DNA from: a phage
Strand: one strand, 5' to 3'
Sequence record: NC_101840.1
DNA length: 49,798 bases
Shown here: positions 1 to 10,185 of the stretch, piece after piece
Layout: every line of letters starts with the position of its first letter
How positions within the stretch are numbered: the stretch's first letter is position 1
The notes under the pieces: model-generated
Seen by the model: only the letters and a program-made list of their open reading frames with translations
What the model was told of the DNA's origin: nothing
The model's database searches: none
Program-made: the position numbers and the translations under genes

Positions 1-78
1 GTTTTTAATTAAAAACGCATAGCCGTTAGAGCGCCTCAATCGCATTCTAACGAGCTATTTTTCTGGTAAGGTGATTTA

Positions 79-207
79 ATGGATGAGTACAAACAACCCT
101 CGCAATGGTGCAAAGAGAAGCAGGAGGAAGCACTTGAGCGCGGAGATGTAGAAGAAGCTATGAACTATTTCAAACTTGCGGAAGAATGGAAGGGGAGAGG
201 ATACTGA
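79..207 (+). CDS. hypothetical small protein (42 aa)
   Basis: ATG with AAGGTGA Shine-Dalgarno 6-7 nt upstream; stop overlaps next start (TGATG); below ORF-track size cutoff. Confidence 0.3.
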   Translation: MDEYKQPSQWCKEKQEEALERGDVEEAMNYFKLAEEWKGRGY

Positions 208-437
208 TGTTCGGCATGAACGAGGCGCAATTCAACGCAGCTAAACGCCAGGCTAAAAAGTGCGGCGAGGCAATGAAAGCGGATGTGGAAAAGCGCGGGA
301 AGTATGTTGATGAAGTAATGAAGGGCATCATTGCAGAACACTACCAGCCAATCGCGCCAATGTTGACGATCACTCAATTCATTTGGCTATGTGGTTACTT
401 GCGCGGACGTTGGGGGAACGCTTTCGACAGGGAATGA
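207..437 (+). CDS. hypothetical protein (76 aa)
   Basis: in-frame ATG of track ORF 186..437, overlapping stop of upstream ORF (translational coupling). Confidence 0.4.
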   Translation: MFGMNEAQFNAAKRQAKKCGEAMKADVEKRGKYVDEVMKGIIAEHYQPIAPMLTITQFIWLCGYLRGRWGNAFDRE

Positions 438-599
438 TTGACAACTCTTTCCTGATTGGTTAGCATGGCGTCGTTTACATAAGAGCGGCTTTGTCCGAAC
501 GCGTGACGCGATAGTCACACAACAACGGCGATATGCAGGAGGTTTTTGCAATGCAAAATAATCCGTAAGACGTATCGCCTTTTTTAATGGAGATCCAAA

Positions 600-833
600 A
601 TGATTAAATACAAATTAACCGTTTCTTTCCGTGATACCGTTATTCATCCTTTCTACAATAGCTTTGTTAACAGCTTTACAGTAGAAGCGACAAGTGATCA
701 GCTTGGCGGTGACGAAACTTGCATTTCTATCGGCAATGTTGCTTATCCGATTCACAACATTACCAGCATTAAGCGTGAGGTTGTCGCTGATGAATTACAA
801 AGTGAAGATGACGATCCGGCGAATGGGGCGTAA
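600..833 (+). CDS. hypothetical protein (77 aa)
   Basis: track ORF; GGAG 8 nt upstream of ATG. Confidence 0.4.
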   Translation: MIKYKLTVSFRDTVIHPFYNSFVNSFTVEATSDQLGGDETCISIGNVAYPIHNITSIKREVVADELQSEDDDPANGA

Positions 834-975
834 CTGCCAATCATGCAAACAGGAATATGAATGCGTAGTTGATGCTCTTGATGAACTGGAAGCAGTAGCA
901 AAAGCAAAAGAGCAATCGGGCGCTAATCCTGAAACACATCAATTTTCAATTAATCTTGTGAGGGCTTTACAATGA
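823..975 (+). CDS. hypothetical small Cys-containing protein; start uncertain (track gives GTG at 694)
   Basis: first ATG in frame of track ORF 694..975; contains CxxC; weak RBS. Confidence 0.2.
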   Translation: MGRNCQSCKQEYECVVDALDELEAVAKAKEQSGANPETHQFSINLVRALQ

Positions 976-1196
976 TCGCATTATCTTTCTGCATTGGTTT
1001 TATCATGGCTATCATTATCTTTTCCGTTGTCATGCGCTTTGCTTATAAGTTCGTGATTAATAAAGGTTGGTACGCTTCTGCCATCTGGAGCGAAAAACAA
1101 AAGAAATGGCTTGTACGTGGTCAATACCTGATGATCGGCAGCAAGATCCTAAATTCCATTCGAGCCAAAGATGGAAAAGTAAAATATACAGCTTAA
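972..1196 (+). CDS. small membrane protein (74 aa)
   Basis: track ORF; hydrophobic N-terminal helix; ATGA overlap with upstream stop. Confidence 0.45.
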   Translation: MIALSFCIGFIMAIIIFSVVMRFAYKFVINKGWYASAIWSEKQKKWLVRGQYLMIGSKILNSIRAKDGKVKYTA

Positions 1197-1201
1197 AAAT
1201 T

Positions 1202-1226
1202 ACCCGCCGCACGGCGGGTTTTTTAT
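1202..1226 (+). terminator. rho-independent terminator
   Basis: GC hairpin CCCGCCG-CACG-CGGCGGG followed by T-run. Confidence 0.55.
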
Positions 1227-1237
1227 TGCCCGTTGTT

Positions 1238-1246
1238 TGGTATAAT
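1238..1246 (+). promoter_or_regulatory. extended -10 promoter element TGGTATAAT
   Basis: TGnTATAAT about 30 nt upstream of terminase small subunit start; no clear -35. Confidence 0.3.
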
Positions 1247-1274
1247 CAGGCATCTAACCAAAGGAGGATTAACA

Positions 1275-1802
1275 ATGGCTAAAAACGTTGAGCCTGCTGT
1301 AAAGGCATTAAATTTCAAAGAGTTATATAATAAAACTTATGGCGATATTGTCACGCTAAACAACCGCCACAAGTACACGCCGGAACAGGTTTTTGATATG
1401 GCGATCCGCTATTTCACTTGGGCCGAAGAGAATCACATCCAGGCGGCTGAAACTGCTTCCTTTCAGGGTGACGTGTACGAGAGCAGAGTTTACAAGCCTC
1501 GCGTTTTCACGGTTAACGGATTCAGCTTGTATCTCGGCGTGACTGAGGCTGCCGTAAGCAAATGGCGTAAAGAGCCTGGATTCTGCGATGTGATGGAGTT
1601 TGTTGATAAAGTAATTTACGAGCAAAAATTCCAGCTTGCGGCAAATAACATGATTAATGCTGGATTTATCGGTAAAGAGATCGGCGTAGAGAAGCCAGCA
1701 ACAGTGAGCGTTGAAGCTAGCGCGGCAGCTAATGCAAGCATTGACGCAGTAACTGCCGATGAGGTGAAAGAGGCTGTTATTGATATTCTGGAGCAACTTT
1801 AA
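1275..1802 (+). CDS. terminase small subunit (175 aa)
   Basis: AAGGAGG RBS before ATG 1275 (track ORF 1233..1802 uses an upstream alternative start); immediately precedes and is coupled to large terminase. Confidence 0.55.
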   Translation: MAKNVEPAVKALNFKELYNKTYGDIVTLNNRHKYTPEQVFDMAIRYFTWAEENHIQAAETASFQGDVYESRVYKPRVFTVNGFSLYLGVTEAAVSKWRKEPGFCDVMEFVDKVIYEQKFQLAANNMINAGFIGKEIGVEKPATVSVEASAAANASIDAVTADEVKEAVIDILEQL

Positions 1803-3370
1803 TGATCATATGGGAAGATTTGACGGCGGCGCAAAAGCGAGCCATTAAAGAAATCAGTGAGCATTCATTCGAAAAGATGATCAGAATCTGGTTTCAGTTA
1901 TTGCAGGGGCAAAAATTCCAGAGCAACTGGCATTTTAGCTTATTGTGCAGTGAGGTAGAGAAGATCATCAATGGAGAGTCGCAGAATGTGATTTTCAACA
2001 TTACGCCAGGTAGCGGTAAGACTGAGATTTTCTCAATCCACATGTCACCCTACGCGTCATTGAAAAGTCGGAAGGTGAGAAACCTTAACCTTTCGTTTAG
2101 TGATGGACTTGTCCAGCAAAACAGCAACAGGATAAAGGAGATTATCGGTTCTCCTGAGTGGCAAGAGCTATGGCCAGGAAAACTGGCAAAGGCGAGCGCA
2201 AAAGATCTCATAGTTACGGATGGCGGCAAGGTTAAATTGCAAGTTAACTCACGTTCTATTGGCGGACAGGTAACAGGTTTGCGTGGCGGCTATATGGACG
2301 ATGGTTTTACTGGTATGCTGGTTCTGGACGATCCAGACAAGCCGGATGATATGCTTTCTAAGGTCAAGCGTGAGGCGATCCACATGCGGTTAAAAAACAC
2401 AGTGCGATCGCGTCGAATGAAAGACACTACGCCGATTGTTATGGTGCAACAGCGACTACACGTTAATGATTCCACCTGGTTTATGCTTAATGGCGGGATG
2501 GGTGGTATTGAGTTTAAAGTTGTGAGTATTCCGGCGCTGGTTACGAAAGAATACCGCGAAACGCTTCCTGATTGGTTGAAGCCTGAATTTGATCGTGATG
2601 TGTTGTCAAGTAAGCCAGTGATGATAGATGGCGTTGCTCATTATTCATTTTGGCCTGCGAAGGAAAGCGCGGAGGAATTGCTTGCATTGCGCAATGCAGA
2701 TCCTTATACGTTCGCCAGTCAGTACCAACAGCAACCCATCGCGCTTGGCGGCAACGTGTTTAAAACAGAGTGGTTCCAGTATTACGGCAGCGGCGAAAAA
2801 TGCGCACTTCCTAAACCGGATCGCTTTGAATACACATTTATTACTGGTGATACCGCGCAGAAGGCCGGAGAGCTTAACGACTATTCAGTTTTTTGTTATT
2901 GGGGGATGTATAAGAATCGCGTTTACTTCATTGATGGCATTCGCGGAAAGTGGGAAGCGCCGGATCTTGAATTAAATTTTATTGCCTTCGTTAATCAGTG
3001 CTGGAAGCGCAATAAGGAGTGTGGCAGCTTGCGACGTATCCACATTGAGGATAAGGCCAGCGGCACGGGTTTGATTCAGGGGGCCAAAAAGAAGATCCCG
3101 ATTGATATAAATCCCGTTCAGCGAAGCAACGACAAGGTAACGCGAGCAATGGACGCCGCGCCAGTGATGAGGGCCGGACGTGTGGCACTGCCAGAAAATC
3201 ACCCCATGCTGCCTGAGATACTGGCAGAGGTTGCAGCATTCACTTTTGATGATTCTCATCCCCATGATGATATTGTCGATAATATAGTTGATGCTGTTAA
3301 CGTAGAAATGAATTTGGCAGATGATCCGGTGGCAAGGATGAAAAAGCTGGCAGGTCTACGCAATAAATAG
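1802..3370 (+). CDS. terminase large subunit (522 aa)
   Basis: size, position before portal, Walker-A-like PGSGKTE and C-terminal nuclease-like acidic motifs. Confidence 0.85.
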   Translation: MIIWEDLTAAQKRAIKEISEHSFEKMIRIWFQLLQGQKFQSNWHFSLLCSEVEKIINGESQNVIFNITPGSGKTEIFSIHMSPYASLKSRKVRNLNLSFSDGLVQQNSNRIKEIIGSPEWQELWPGKLAKASAKDLIVTDGGKVKLQVNSRSIGGQVTGLRGGYMDDGFTGMLVLDDPDKPDDMLSKVKREAIHMRLKNTVRSRRMKDTTPIVMVQQRLHVNDSTWFMLNGGMGGIEFKVVSIPALVTKEYRETLPDWLKPEFDRDVLSSKPVMIDGVAHYSFWPAKESAEELLALRNADPYTFASQYQQQPIALGGNVFKTEWFQYYGSGEKCALPKPDRFEYTFITGDTAQKAGELNDYSVFCYWGMYKNRVYFIDGIRGKWEAPDLELNFIAFVNQCWKRNKECGSLRRIHIEDKASGTGLIQGAKKKIPIDINPVQRSNDKVTRAMDAAPVMRAGRVALPENHPMLPEILAEVAAFTFDDSHPHDDIVDNIVDAVNVEMNLADDPVARMKKLAGLRNK

Positions 3371-3386
3371 CACTAATTGCTAAAAA
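3365..3386 (+). promoter_or_regulatory. conserved junction box (variant AAATAGCACTAATTGCTAAAAA), sense to downstream gene
   Basis: one of 18 copies of the box; its TAG is the terminase stop codon; followed by TATAAT (3391-3396) and a hairpin. Confidence 0.5.
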
Positions 3387-3399
3387 GTTATATAATCAA

Positions 3400-3424
3400 G
3401 GCTGGATTTTTCCAGCCTTTTTTA
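3400..3424 (+). terminator. hairpin plus T-run (terminator or RNA stabiliser)
   Basis: GGCTGGA-TTTT-TCCAGCC followed by TTTTTT. Confidence 0.5.
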
Positions 3425-3440
3425 TTATGGAGATTTGACG

Positions 3441-4733
3441 ATGAGTGAAAAAACAAGGCTAGTTAAGGCCGATGGATACAACGAGATTTTCAAGGGCAGC
3501 AATGGCGATGGGCGTGTGGAGTCGCCTTTCTTTATGCAAGGGTTCGAATACACCACGCACGCTGATTTTTACATTCGCGACGGCCTAGCAAAACGAATCA
3601 TCGACGTTGTTCCAGAAGAAATGGTGACGCCTGGATTTAATATTGACGGCGTGGAAGATGAGGAAAGTTTTAGATCTTTGTGGGATGAGAAGCGACTAAA
3701 CGATAAAATCATTGATGCGCTTTGCTGGTCGCGTCTTTTTGGTGGCGCGGCAATTGTGGCAATCGTTCAGGATGGCAGGGCGTTAAAGTCACCTGTAGCG
3801 CCTGGTGCAATCCTTGAAGATGTTCGCGTTTACGATCGCTTTCAAGTTCGCGTAGAAAAGCGCGAAACTAATCCACGTAAGGTGCGATATGGTGAGCCAT
3901 TAATTTACACCATTTCACCTGGTGCGGACTTGCCAGAATATCAGGTTCACTATTCGCGAGTCTGTATTATCGACGGTGAGCGGCTACCAAATCAGCGACG
4001 TCAGTCAAATGATGGTTGGGGTGAGTCAATCCTGAATAAGCGATTGGTTGAGGCTATTTGTGATTACAACTACTGTGAAAACTTAGCAACTCAATTGTTG
4101 CGACGTAAGCAACAGGCAGTATGGAAAGCTAAAGGGCTTGCCGATCTTTGTGATGATGATGATGGTGTTAACGCCGCACGTTTGCGCCTTGCTCAAGTTG
4201 ATGATGAGGGTGGCGTAGGTCGTGCGATCGGCATTGATGCGGAAGATGAGGAATATGATGTTTTAAATTCTGATATTTCCGGCGTCGATTCATTCCTGGA
4301 AAAGAAGATGGATCGCATTGTATCTCTTTCCGGCATCCATGAAATCATCCTCAAAAACAAGAACGTTGGCGGTGTTAGCGCGAGCCAAAATACGGCGCTT
4401 GAAACATTCTACAAGCTGATCGATCGAAAGCGAAAGGAAGAATACAAACCAATCCTTGAATTTCTGATCCCGTTCCTGATTCAAGAGGAAGAATGGAGTA
4501 TTCAGTTTGCGCCGTTAAGCGTTCCCAGCGAAAAGGACCAGGCCGAGATCTTGAACAAGAATATTGATTCTTTGAGCAAGGCTATTGACGGTCAATTCAT
4601 GGATACAGAGGAGGCGCGCGACACATTGCGAGCCATTGCGCCTAACGTTAAACTAAAGGACGGCAATAACATTAAATTACCTGAGCAGGACGTAGAGCCG
4701 GAGCCAGGAACAACCGAGGGTAACAATCAATGA
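3441..4733 (+). CDS. portal protein (431 aa)
   Basis: position directly after large terminase, size; GGAG RBS before ATG 3441 (track start 3435 is TTG). Confidence 0.7.
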   Translation: MSEKTRLVKADGYNEIFKGSNGDGRVESPFFMQGFEYTTHADFYIRDGLAKRIIDVVPEEMVTPGFNIDGVEDEESFRSLWDEKRLNDKIIDALCWSRLFGGAAIVAIVQDGRALKSPVAPGAILEDVRVYDRFQVRVEKRETNPRKVRYGEPLIYTISPGADLPEYQVHYSRVCIIDGERLPNQRRQSNDGWGESILNKRLVEAICDYNYCENLATQLLRRKQQAVWKAKGLADLCDDDDGVNAARLRLAQVDDEGGVGRAIGIDAEDEEYDVLNSDISGVDSFLEKKMDRIVSLSGIHEIILKNKNVGGVSASQNTALETFYKLIDRKRKEEYKPILEFLIPFLIQEEEWSIQFAPLSVPSEKDQAEILNKNIDSLSKAIDGQFMDTEEARDTLRAIAPNVKLKDGNNIKLPEQDVEPEPGTTEGNNQ

Positions 4734-5485
4734 TAGTGAAAGGCGTCGTTAAACAATGGCGCTTTCCTGAAGCAAGCGAGCGGCAATTGCGCCGCTCAAT
4801 TCAGGAGGCGATAAGGGATCTTGTTGTGCTGATGCGCAGCAAAACAAAGGAAATGAAATTTGACGCGGACACCGAAGAAATCAACGCCGCAGAGGATGAG
4901 ATTAGTAGCTTCGCGTTAAAGCTAATAGCTGGCATCGCCGCATCACTTCCGGTTATCGGCCTTGCTGTTTATAAATTCAACGCAAAGCAATTTATTAACG
5001 TAGCGAAATCAACGGGAGGCACGTCAAATTCCGCCGTTATCATCCTTATGGCTATTGGGGCCAATGCGAATGAGAGTTGGTATAGGACGCTATACGGTCA
5101 ATGGCATGACATGACGATCGCATCTCTTCAAAAACTATTTGGAAACATTGTGTCTGACTGGTCAACCAATATCAGATCGGCAAACTTTCGCGGAATGAGA
5201 GATAGTCAGGTTAATGAATTGGCTGGTAAGAGGTTCGCAGTTTATAGCTCTTGGGGTAAGACAAGGGCGGAAAACATCATAGGCGCTTGGAATAGTAGAC
5301 TCATGCGCCAGCGTCTGTATGATGCAAAAGTAACTCATTATTTTTGGCATGGTATGCTTGATGACAGAGAGCGATTGCAGCATGTACAATGGGAAGGTAA
5401 GCGCATTGCGCTAGATTCTGAACATGATTTTCCTGGTGAGCCTTTCGGTTGTCGTTGTTGGGCCATACCAGATTGGAACAGTTAA
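4730..5485 (+). CDS. head morphogenesis protein (Mu F / SPP1 gp7-like minor head protein)
   Basis: synteny after portal; start overlaps portal stop. Confidence 0.5.
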   Translation: MIVKGVVKQWRFPEASERQLRRSIQEAIRDLVVLMRSKTKEMKFDADTEEINAAEDEISSFALKLIAGIAASLPVIGLAVYKFNAKQFINVAKSTGGTSNSAVIILMAIGANANESWYRTLYGQWHDMTIASLQKLFGNIVSDWSTNIRSANFRGMRDSQVNELAGKRFAVYSSWGKTRAENIIGAWNSRLMRQRLYDAKVTHYFWHGMLDDRERLQHVQWEGKRIALDSEHDFPGEPFGCRCWAIPDWNS

Positions 5486-5495
5486 GAGGTATTAA

Positions 5496-6611
5496 ATGAA
5501 AGCAAAACAAAGATTTGATAGCGCCAAAGTAAAGGCGCACTTTGATGATAACGGGTTTTTAGTTGATCGCCCTATCGTGGCGCGAATTGGTTTACAAGTC
5601 TATCAGACTCCTTTCGGTGAGCGTAGAGAATTTCGTCCTGCGTCCGAAGTATTCAAGGCCGACTCACTCGCCACCTTCGCAGGGAAGCCAGTCACGGTTG
5701 GTCACGTTACGGTAACTCCAGAAAACGCCGAAAAGGTTGTGGTTGGTTCTTGTGCTGGTGCTGGTGTGCCGAACGGGATCGGCGTAGAGGTTCCGTTAAG
5801 CATTTACTCAAAACGAGCAATCGAAAGCGCGAAGAAGCGAGACACGGCGGAGATTTCAGTTGGTTATACATCAGTTGATATTGATAAACCAGGCTGGGGC
5901 AATAATAAAACCGGTGAGTACGTTTTCGATGAGGATGTTAGCGAAGACTGGAAACCGGATTCTCCTGATTGGGTTAAGTTTGATGCAATCCAGACTGAAA
6001 TCAAGGTAAACCACATCGCTTTAGTCTTCCGAGGTCGTGCTGGTATTGCAAAATTAAACCTTGATAGTCAGCAAGATTTTCCGTATAGTGACGAAGTTAT
6101 TAACAACAAAGAGGATCAAACCATGACTGTAAAAATTAAACTGGATGGCGCTGTAGAATTTGATGTTCCGAAAGCAGTTGCGGATCACATTGAATCACTG
6201 AAAGCTGATGCCAAAGCACAGAAAGAAAAGGCGGACAGCCTGGAAGCTGAGCGAGATGCACTGCAAACCAAAGTAGATGGCATTCAGGATCAGATTGATG
6301 CCGCAGTCAAGAAAGCCAAAGAAGATGCCGCGCAACATGCTCAATTAGTAGCAGACGCTAAAGAGTTAGGAATCAAGTGCGACGGCCTGGATGCGAAAGC
6401 AATCAAGGTTGCATACATCAAAGAAGTTATGGGCAATGACGTTTCCGATAAAACTGATGCCTATATCGAAACAGCTTTCGACATCGCCAAAAACTCTGAT
6501 AAAATGGCGGCGCAGCGTAAGAGCATTAAGGGTGACTCTTTCGCGAATGAAAAACAGGATGAAGCAGGTTCTAAGCTGAATCCTAACGCTCGTTTTGAGA
6601 AACTGAAATAA
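5496..6611 (+). CDS. putative scaffolding protein with C-terminal coiled coil
   Basis: position between head morphogenesis and capsid genes; Lys/Ala/Glu-rich predicted coiled coil in C-terminal third. Confidence 0.45.
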   Translation: MKAKQRFDSAKVKAHFDDNGFLVDRPIVARIGLQVYQTPFGERREFRPASEVFKADSLATFAGKPVTVGHVTVTPENAEKVVVGSCAGAGVPNGIGVEVPLSIYSKRAIESAKKRDTAEISVGYTSVDIDKPGWGNNKTGEYVFDEDVSEDWKPDSPDWVKFDAIQTEIKVNHIALVFRGRAGIAKLNLDSQQDFPYSDEVINNKEDQTMTVKIKLDGAVEFDVPKAVADHIESLKADAKAQKEKADSLEAERDALQTKVDGIQDQIDAAVKKAKEDAAQHAQLVADAKELGIKCDGLDAKAIKVAYIKEVMGNDVSDKTDAYIETAFDIAKNSDKMAAQRKSIKGDSFANEKQDEAGSKLNPNARFEKLK

Positions 6612-6623
6612 GGAGTAATTAAA

Positions 6624-7133
6624 ATGGCTAAAATTGGAGCAAGTTATTTTGACACTATGGCGCGTGCGCTTCCTGGTCAGGTATCCGACACGTCAGCATA
6701 TAACATCGACGGCGCTTGCGTTCTTGACAAGGAAGACGGCATCCCAATCCTGGTTGGCGTGGCTGTTAAGCTAAAAGGCGTTGACTCAATGGGTAATAAG
6801 CTGATCGACGCTATTTCTGGTGGTGGTAATGTTCCTTATGGCGTTGGCGTTCGTTCGCACTTTCAAACTACGGCTGATAATGGTCGAATGGTTTATGAGG
6901 CTGGCGGCGGAATCAACGTTATGACTGAGGGCCGTGTCTGGATGATTGGCGATGATTCCGATAAAAGCAAAAAGCCAGAATATCGTGAGCCTGTAAAAAT
7001 TGATGAAAACTCTGGCAAGGTGAAAAGTGCTGGATCTATCAATACAAATTGGGTTTACACTGGCGATAAAACCACTTTTGGAACTGGCAATAATATGTTG
7101 ACTTTGTTTGAAGTTCAGGTCTTCCCAAGCTAA
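6624..7133 (+). CDS. putative head decoration/structural protein (paralogue A)
   Basis: shares YNIDG...GRVW motifs with ORF 7184..7972; strong RBS. Confidence 0.4.
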   Translation: MAKIGASYFDTMARALPGQVSDTSAYNIDGACVLDKEDGIPILVGVAVKLKGVDSMGNKLIDAISGGGNVPYGVGVRSHFQTTADNGRMVYEAGGGINVMTEGRVWMIGDDSDKSKKPEYREPVKIDENSGKVKSAGSINTNWVYTGDKTTFGTGNNMLTLFEVQVFPS

Positions 7134-7139
7134 AATCAA

Positions 7140-7164
7140 GGCGCTCGCTTGAGCGCCTTTTTTA
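7140..7164 (+). terminator. rho-independent terminator
   Basis: GGCGCTCGC-TT-GAGCGCC hairpin followed by TTTTTT. Confidence 0.55.
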
Positions 7165-7183
7165 TTATGTAAGGAGAAATGAA

Positions 7184-7972
7184 ATGGCTAAAGACTATTC
7201 ATCTGTTATGGGCCTTTCTTGCCCTGGTTGTTTGGTTGATTCTACTCGCTACAATATTGATGGTACTGGCGTTTGTGGTTCTGAATCGATCATTGCTGGT
7301 AAGGTTGTTTTCTTCAAAGAGAGAGTAGAAGGTTATAACATATTTGTTGATCAAAAAGAGGCTGATTCAGTAGTTGCTGGTATTGCGCTAAGGAGCAACA
7401 TAACAACAACAGTTAACGAGGAGGACGGGTACTCTGACTACAAAGAAGGTGATCCTATTAGCGTTGTAACTCGTGGTCGCGTGTGGGTGTTAACTGAAAG
7501 TATTGATGAAGCTCCTTCACACGGTGAAAAAGTATATGTTAATAACGATGGATTTGTTGGTAAGTCCGGCGACCAGGTTGTTGATGGGTGGATTTTTACA
7601 GGTGATTTTATGAAATTTGACAGTAGCATTAACATTGTAGGGATTCATATCAAACCTGTAATAGTACATGTTCAAAAGTTAACAGCGGCTATTATTGAAG
7701 ATGTTGATGGTAACAAGCCTGATGGAAACAGACCAAACAATGAGCCTGTTAATCTCAAGGTTACTGTAGAGCCTGAATATGCAACAGATAAAACTGGAAC
7801 ATGGGAGATTTCATTAGGAGGAGAATACGCATCAATTTCGCCAAGTGGTGAAACGGCGCAAGTAACGCCATCAAGCAATGGTGATGTATATGTAAACTGG
7901 ATGGCAAATGACGGATCTGGTGTATCTGACACATTTATCATCAACTTTGTAGATCCAGATCCTGGTCCTTAA
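7184..7972 (+). CDS. putative head decoration/structural protein with C-terminal Ig-like domain (paralogue B)
   Basis: N-terminal similarity to 6624..7133; C-terminal beta-rich Ig-like (Big_2-type) segment. Confidence 0.45.
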   Translation: MAKDYSSVMGLSCPGCLVDSTRYNIDGTGVCGSESIIAGKVVFFKERVEGYNIFVDQKEADSVVAGIALRSNITTTVNEEDGYSDYKEGDPISVVTRGRVWVLTESIDEAPSHGEKVYVNNDGFVGKSGDQVVDGWIFTGDFMKFDSSINIVGIHIKPVIVHVQKLTAAIIEDVDGNKPDGNRPNNEPVNLKVTVEPEYATDKTGTWEISLGGEYASISPSGETAQVTPSSNGDVYVNWMANDGSGVSDTFIINFVDPDPGP

Positions 7973-7990
7973 CATAAAAACATCTTGCAC

Positions 7991-8010
7991 GTTTAACAAA
8001 AAGTGCTATC
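7991..8010 (-). promoter_or_regulatory. conserved junction box, inverted relative to downstream capsid gene
   Basis: GTTTAACAAAAAGTGCTATC on + strand; followed by hairpin GGCCGTT...AACGGCC. Confidence 0.45.
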
Positions 8011-8053
8011 ATCTAGGCCGTTACATTTAACGGCCTTTTATGGAGGAAACAAA

Positions 8054-9025
8054 ATGGCTAAAAAATATGATGAACTAGATGCTACGATTGTAGCAAATCA
8101 TTTGCAGGTTCAGGGCGTTAAGGGTGATGCTTCTGATATGGGTATTTGGACCGCTCAAGAGCTACACAAGATCCGCTCTACCGCATACGAGAAAGAATAT
8201 CCGGCAGGTTCCGCGCTTCGCGTATTCCCTGTAACAAACGAGCTTTCTGATACTGATAAGACTTTTGAGTATCAGACTTTTGACAAGGTTGGCTACGCGA
8301 AAATTATCGCCGACTACACAGACGATCTGCCGACCGTGGACGCGCTGATGACTTCTGAGTTTGGCAAGGTGTTCCGCATGGGTAACGCTTTTCTGATCTC
8401 CATTGATGAGATTAAAGCAGGTCAGCGAACTGGCAAGAGCCTGTCAACTCGCAAGGCTAACGCTGCGCAAAATGCACATGATCAGCTGATTAACTTCCTG
8501 GTCTTCAAAGGTTCCAAGCCTCATAAGATCGTTGCCGTTTTCGATCACCCTAACCTTACGAAAATTGTTTCTAAAGGATGGATGAGCAAGGATGGAAACA
8601 CCAAGTTCCCTGATGTGGCAAGCGATGAACTGGAGGCTGCAATCGAGACTATCGAGGAAGTAACTAAAGGTCAGCACCGCGCGACTAACATCCTGATCCC
8701 GCCGTCCATGCGCAAAGTCCTGACGGTTCGAATGGAAAATACAACTGAAAGTTATCTGGAATACTTCCAGAAGCAAAACGGCGGTATCACTATCGACTCT
8801 ATCGCAGAGCTTGAGGATATTGACGGCAAAGGTACGAAAGGTTGCTTGGTTTACGAAAAAGATCCAATGAACATGAGCATTGAGATTCCAGAAGCGTTTA
8901 ACATGCTTCCGGCGCAGCCAAAAGACCTTCACTTCAAGGTTCCTTGCACTTCCAAGTGTACTGGCCTTACGATTTACCGTCCGTTTACGATGGTGCTTAT
9001 TACTGGCTTGAAAAAGGCTGTGTAA
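8054..9025 (+). CDS. major capsid protein (323 aa)
   Basis: GGAGGAAACAAAATG initiation region, size, position, strong terminator downstream; track ORF 8003 uses upstream alternative start. Confidence 0.65.
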   Translation: MAKKYDELDATIVANHLQVQGVKGDASDMGIWTAQELHKIRSTAYEKEYPAGSALRVFPVTNELSDTDKTFEYQTFDKVGYAKIIADYTDDLPTVDALMTSEFGKVFRMGNAFLISIDEIKAGQRTGKSLSTRKANAAQNAHDQLINFLVFKGSKPHKIVAVFDHPNLTKIVSKGWMSKDGNTKFPDVASDELEAAIETIEEVTKGQHRATNILIPPSMRKVLTVRMENTTESYLEYFQKQNGGITIDSIAELEDIDGKGTKGCLVYEKDPMNMSIEIPEAFNMLPAQPKDLHFKVPCTSKCTGLTIYRPFTMVLITGLKKAV

Positions 9026-9036
9026 TTAGATAACAT

Positions 9037-9064
9037 GGGGAGCCTTAATGGTTCCCCTTTTTTA
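9037..9064 (+). terminator. rho-independent terminator
   Basis: GGGGAGCC...GGTTCCCC hairpin followed by TTTTTTT. Confidence 0.55.
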
Positions 9065-9081
9065 TTTATGGAGCACACAAA

Positions 9082-9348
9082 ATGAGCAAAAATTTAAAAC
9101 TTAAAGTAACTGGCGTTTGCATGATTGTTATGGACGGCAAGCGTTATCATCCTGGTGATGAAATTGAAATTGAATCCGATCGCATTAATGACTCCGCAAT
9201 TGAATACCTGATCGCTCGCGGCGATGTGGAAGTTAAAGACAATTCCGAAATTAACGAGCAAATCAAGGAGAAAGCTGAGAAGAAGCGCAAAAAAGATCCT
9301 ACCGAGGGTAAGAGCCGCAAAGAACTAGAGGATGGCGGCGAATATTAA
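9082..9348 (+). CDS. hypothetical protein (88 aa), Lys/Glu-rich C-terminus
   Basis: track ORF with RBS. Confidence 0.45.
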   Translation: MSKNLKLKVTGVCMIVMDGKRYHPGDEIEIESDRINDSAIEYLIARGDVEVKDNSEINEQIKEKAEKKRKKDPTEGKSRKELEDGGEY

Positions 9349-9394
9349 TAATTGGGGCGCTTATGCGCCCCTTGTCACATCTGGAGAAAACAAA

Positions 9395-9814
9395 ATGGTA
9401 GATGAATTTTACACAGACGCTGAAATCGTTCAGCAAATCGTAAAGTTAGCGCCGCCAATGCAACAAGTTGATCCCGATTTAATTGTGGCATGGATTGAGC
9501 TTGCTAAAGAGTTTGTTTGCAAAAAGCGGTTTAAAAACTCATACCCGAAAGCGGTTGCGCTTTACACTCTTCACCTTATGACCTTAGACGGGGCAATGAA
9601 ACAGGAAGGTGAAAGCGTAGAAAGCTATTCCCGCCGCGTCGCCTCGTTCACTCTGACTGGTGAGTTTAGTCAGACGTTTGATCGAATTTCTTCCGATACA
9701 AGCGGAAAGCAGATCCGACAAACGCCGTGGGGCAAAATGTACGAAGTGTTAAACCGTAAGCACGGTGGCGGCTTTGGACTTGTAACTGGATTGCGCCGGA
9801 GATGTTGCCGATGA
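9395..9814 (+). CDS. putative head-tail connector protein
   Basis: GGAGAAAACAAAATG initiation region identical to the SSB gene; position after capsid gene. Confidence 0.4.
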   Translation: MVDEFYTDAEIVQQIVKLAPPMQQVDPDLIVAWIELAKEFVCKKRFKNSYPKAVALYTLHLMTLDGAMKQEGESVESYSRRVASFTLTGEFSQTFDRISSDTSGKQIRQTPWGKMYEVLNRKHGGGFGLVTGLRRRCCR

Positions 9815-10185
9815 ATTACAATGAGATTGCAAGAATGGCTACTGCTGGGATTAACTTTTTCAGCGACGCTAACGGTATGTTTAAGTGCATCACGCAGCAG
9901 GGATGGGTTGAGATTATCGGCGGAGAGGAAGTTACCAAGCCTGAGATTTCAGTGATGATAAAGGGGCTTGTTAGATCTCCGAGGACTAGAGAGGTTGACG
10001 GTGAAACGATCCGAGTAACCGACAAGTTGGGGGTATTCACCAATGAAACTGAGATCAAAAATGGTTATCAGATTGAAATTGATGGCGATCGTTATGTTGT
10101 CGTTGAAGCAAGACCAGTCAGACAGACTAACATCACGGCAGCTTATCGTCCGATATTAAGGAGGATTGCAGTGCATGGCGGATAA
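9811..10185 (+). CDS. putative head-tail connector / head completion protein
   Basis: ATGA overlap with upstream gene; GGAG 9 nt upstream of ATG 9811. Confidence 0.4.
   Translation: MNYNEIARMATAGINFFSDANGMFKCITQQGWVEIIGGEEVTKPEISVMIKGLVRSPRTREVDGETIRVTDKLGVFTNETEIKNGYQIEIDGDRYVVVEARPVRQTNITAAYRPILRRIAVHGG

Noticed and set aside
694-975. GTG-initiated 93-aa ORF 694-975 from the track
   Set aside because: Overlaps ORF 600-833 by 140 nt in another frame with no RBS; only the 3' portion from ATG 823 was retained, at low confidence.
1233-1802. Longer terminase-small-subunit start at 1233 as given in the ORF track
   Set aside because: That start sits inside the terminator/promoter region with no RBS; ATG 1275 has an AAGGAGG Shine-Dalgarno at ideal spacing.
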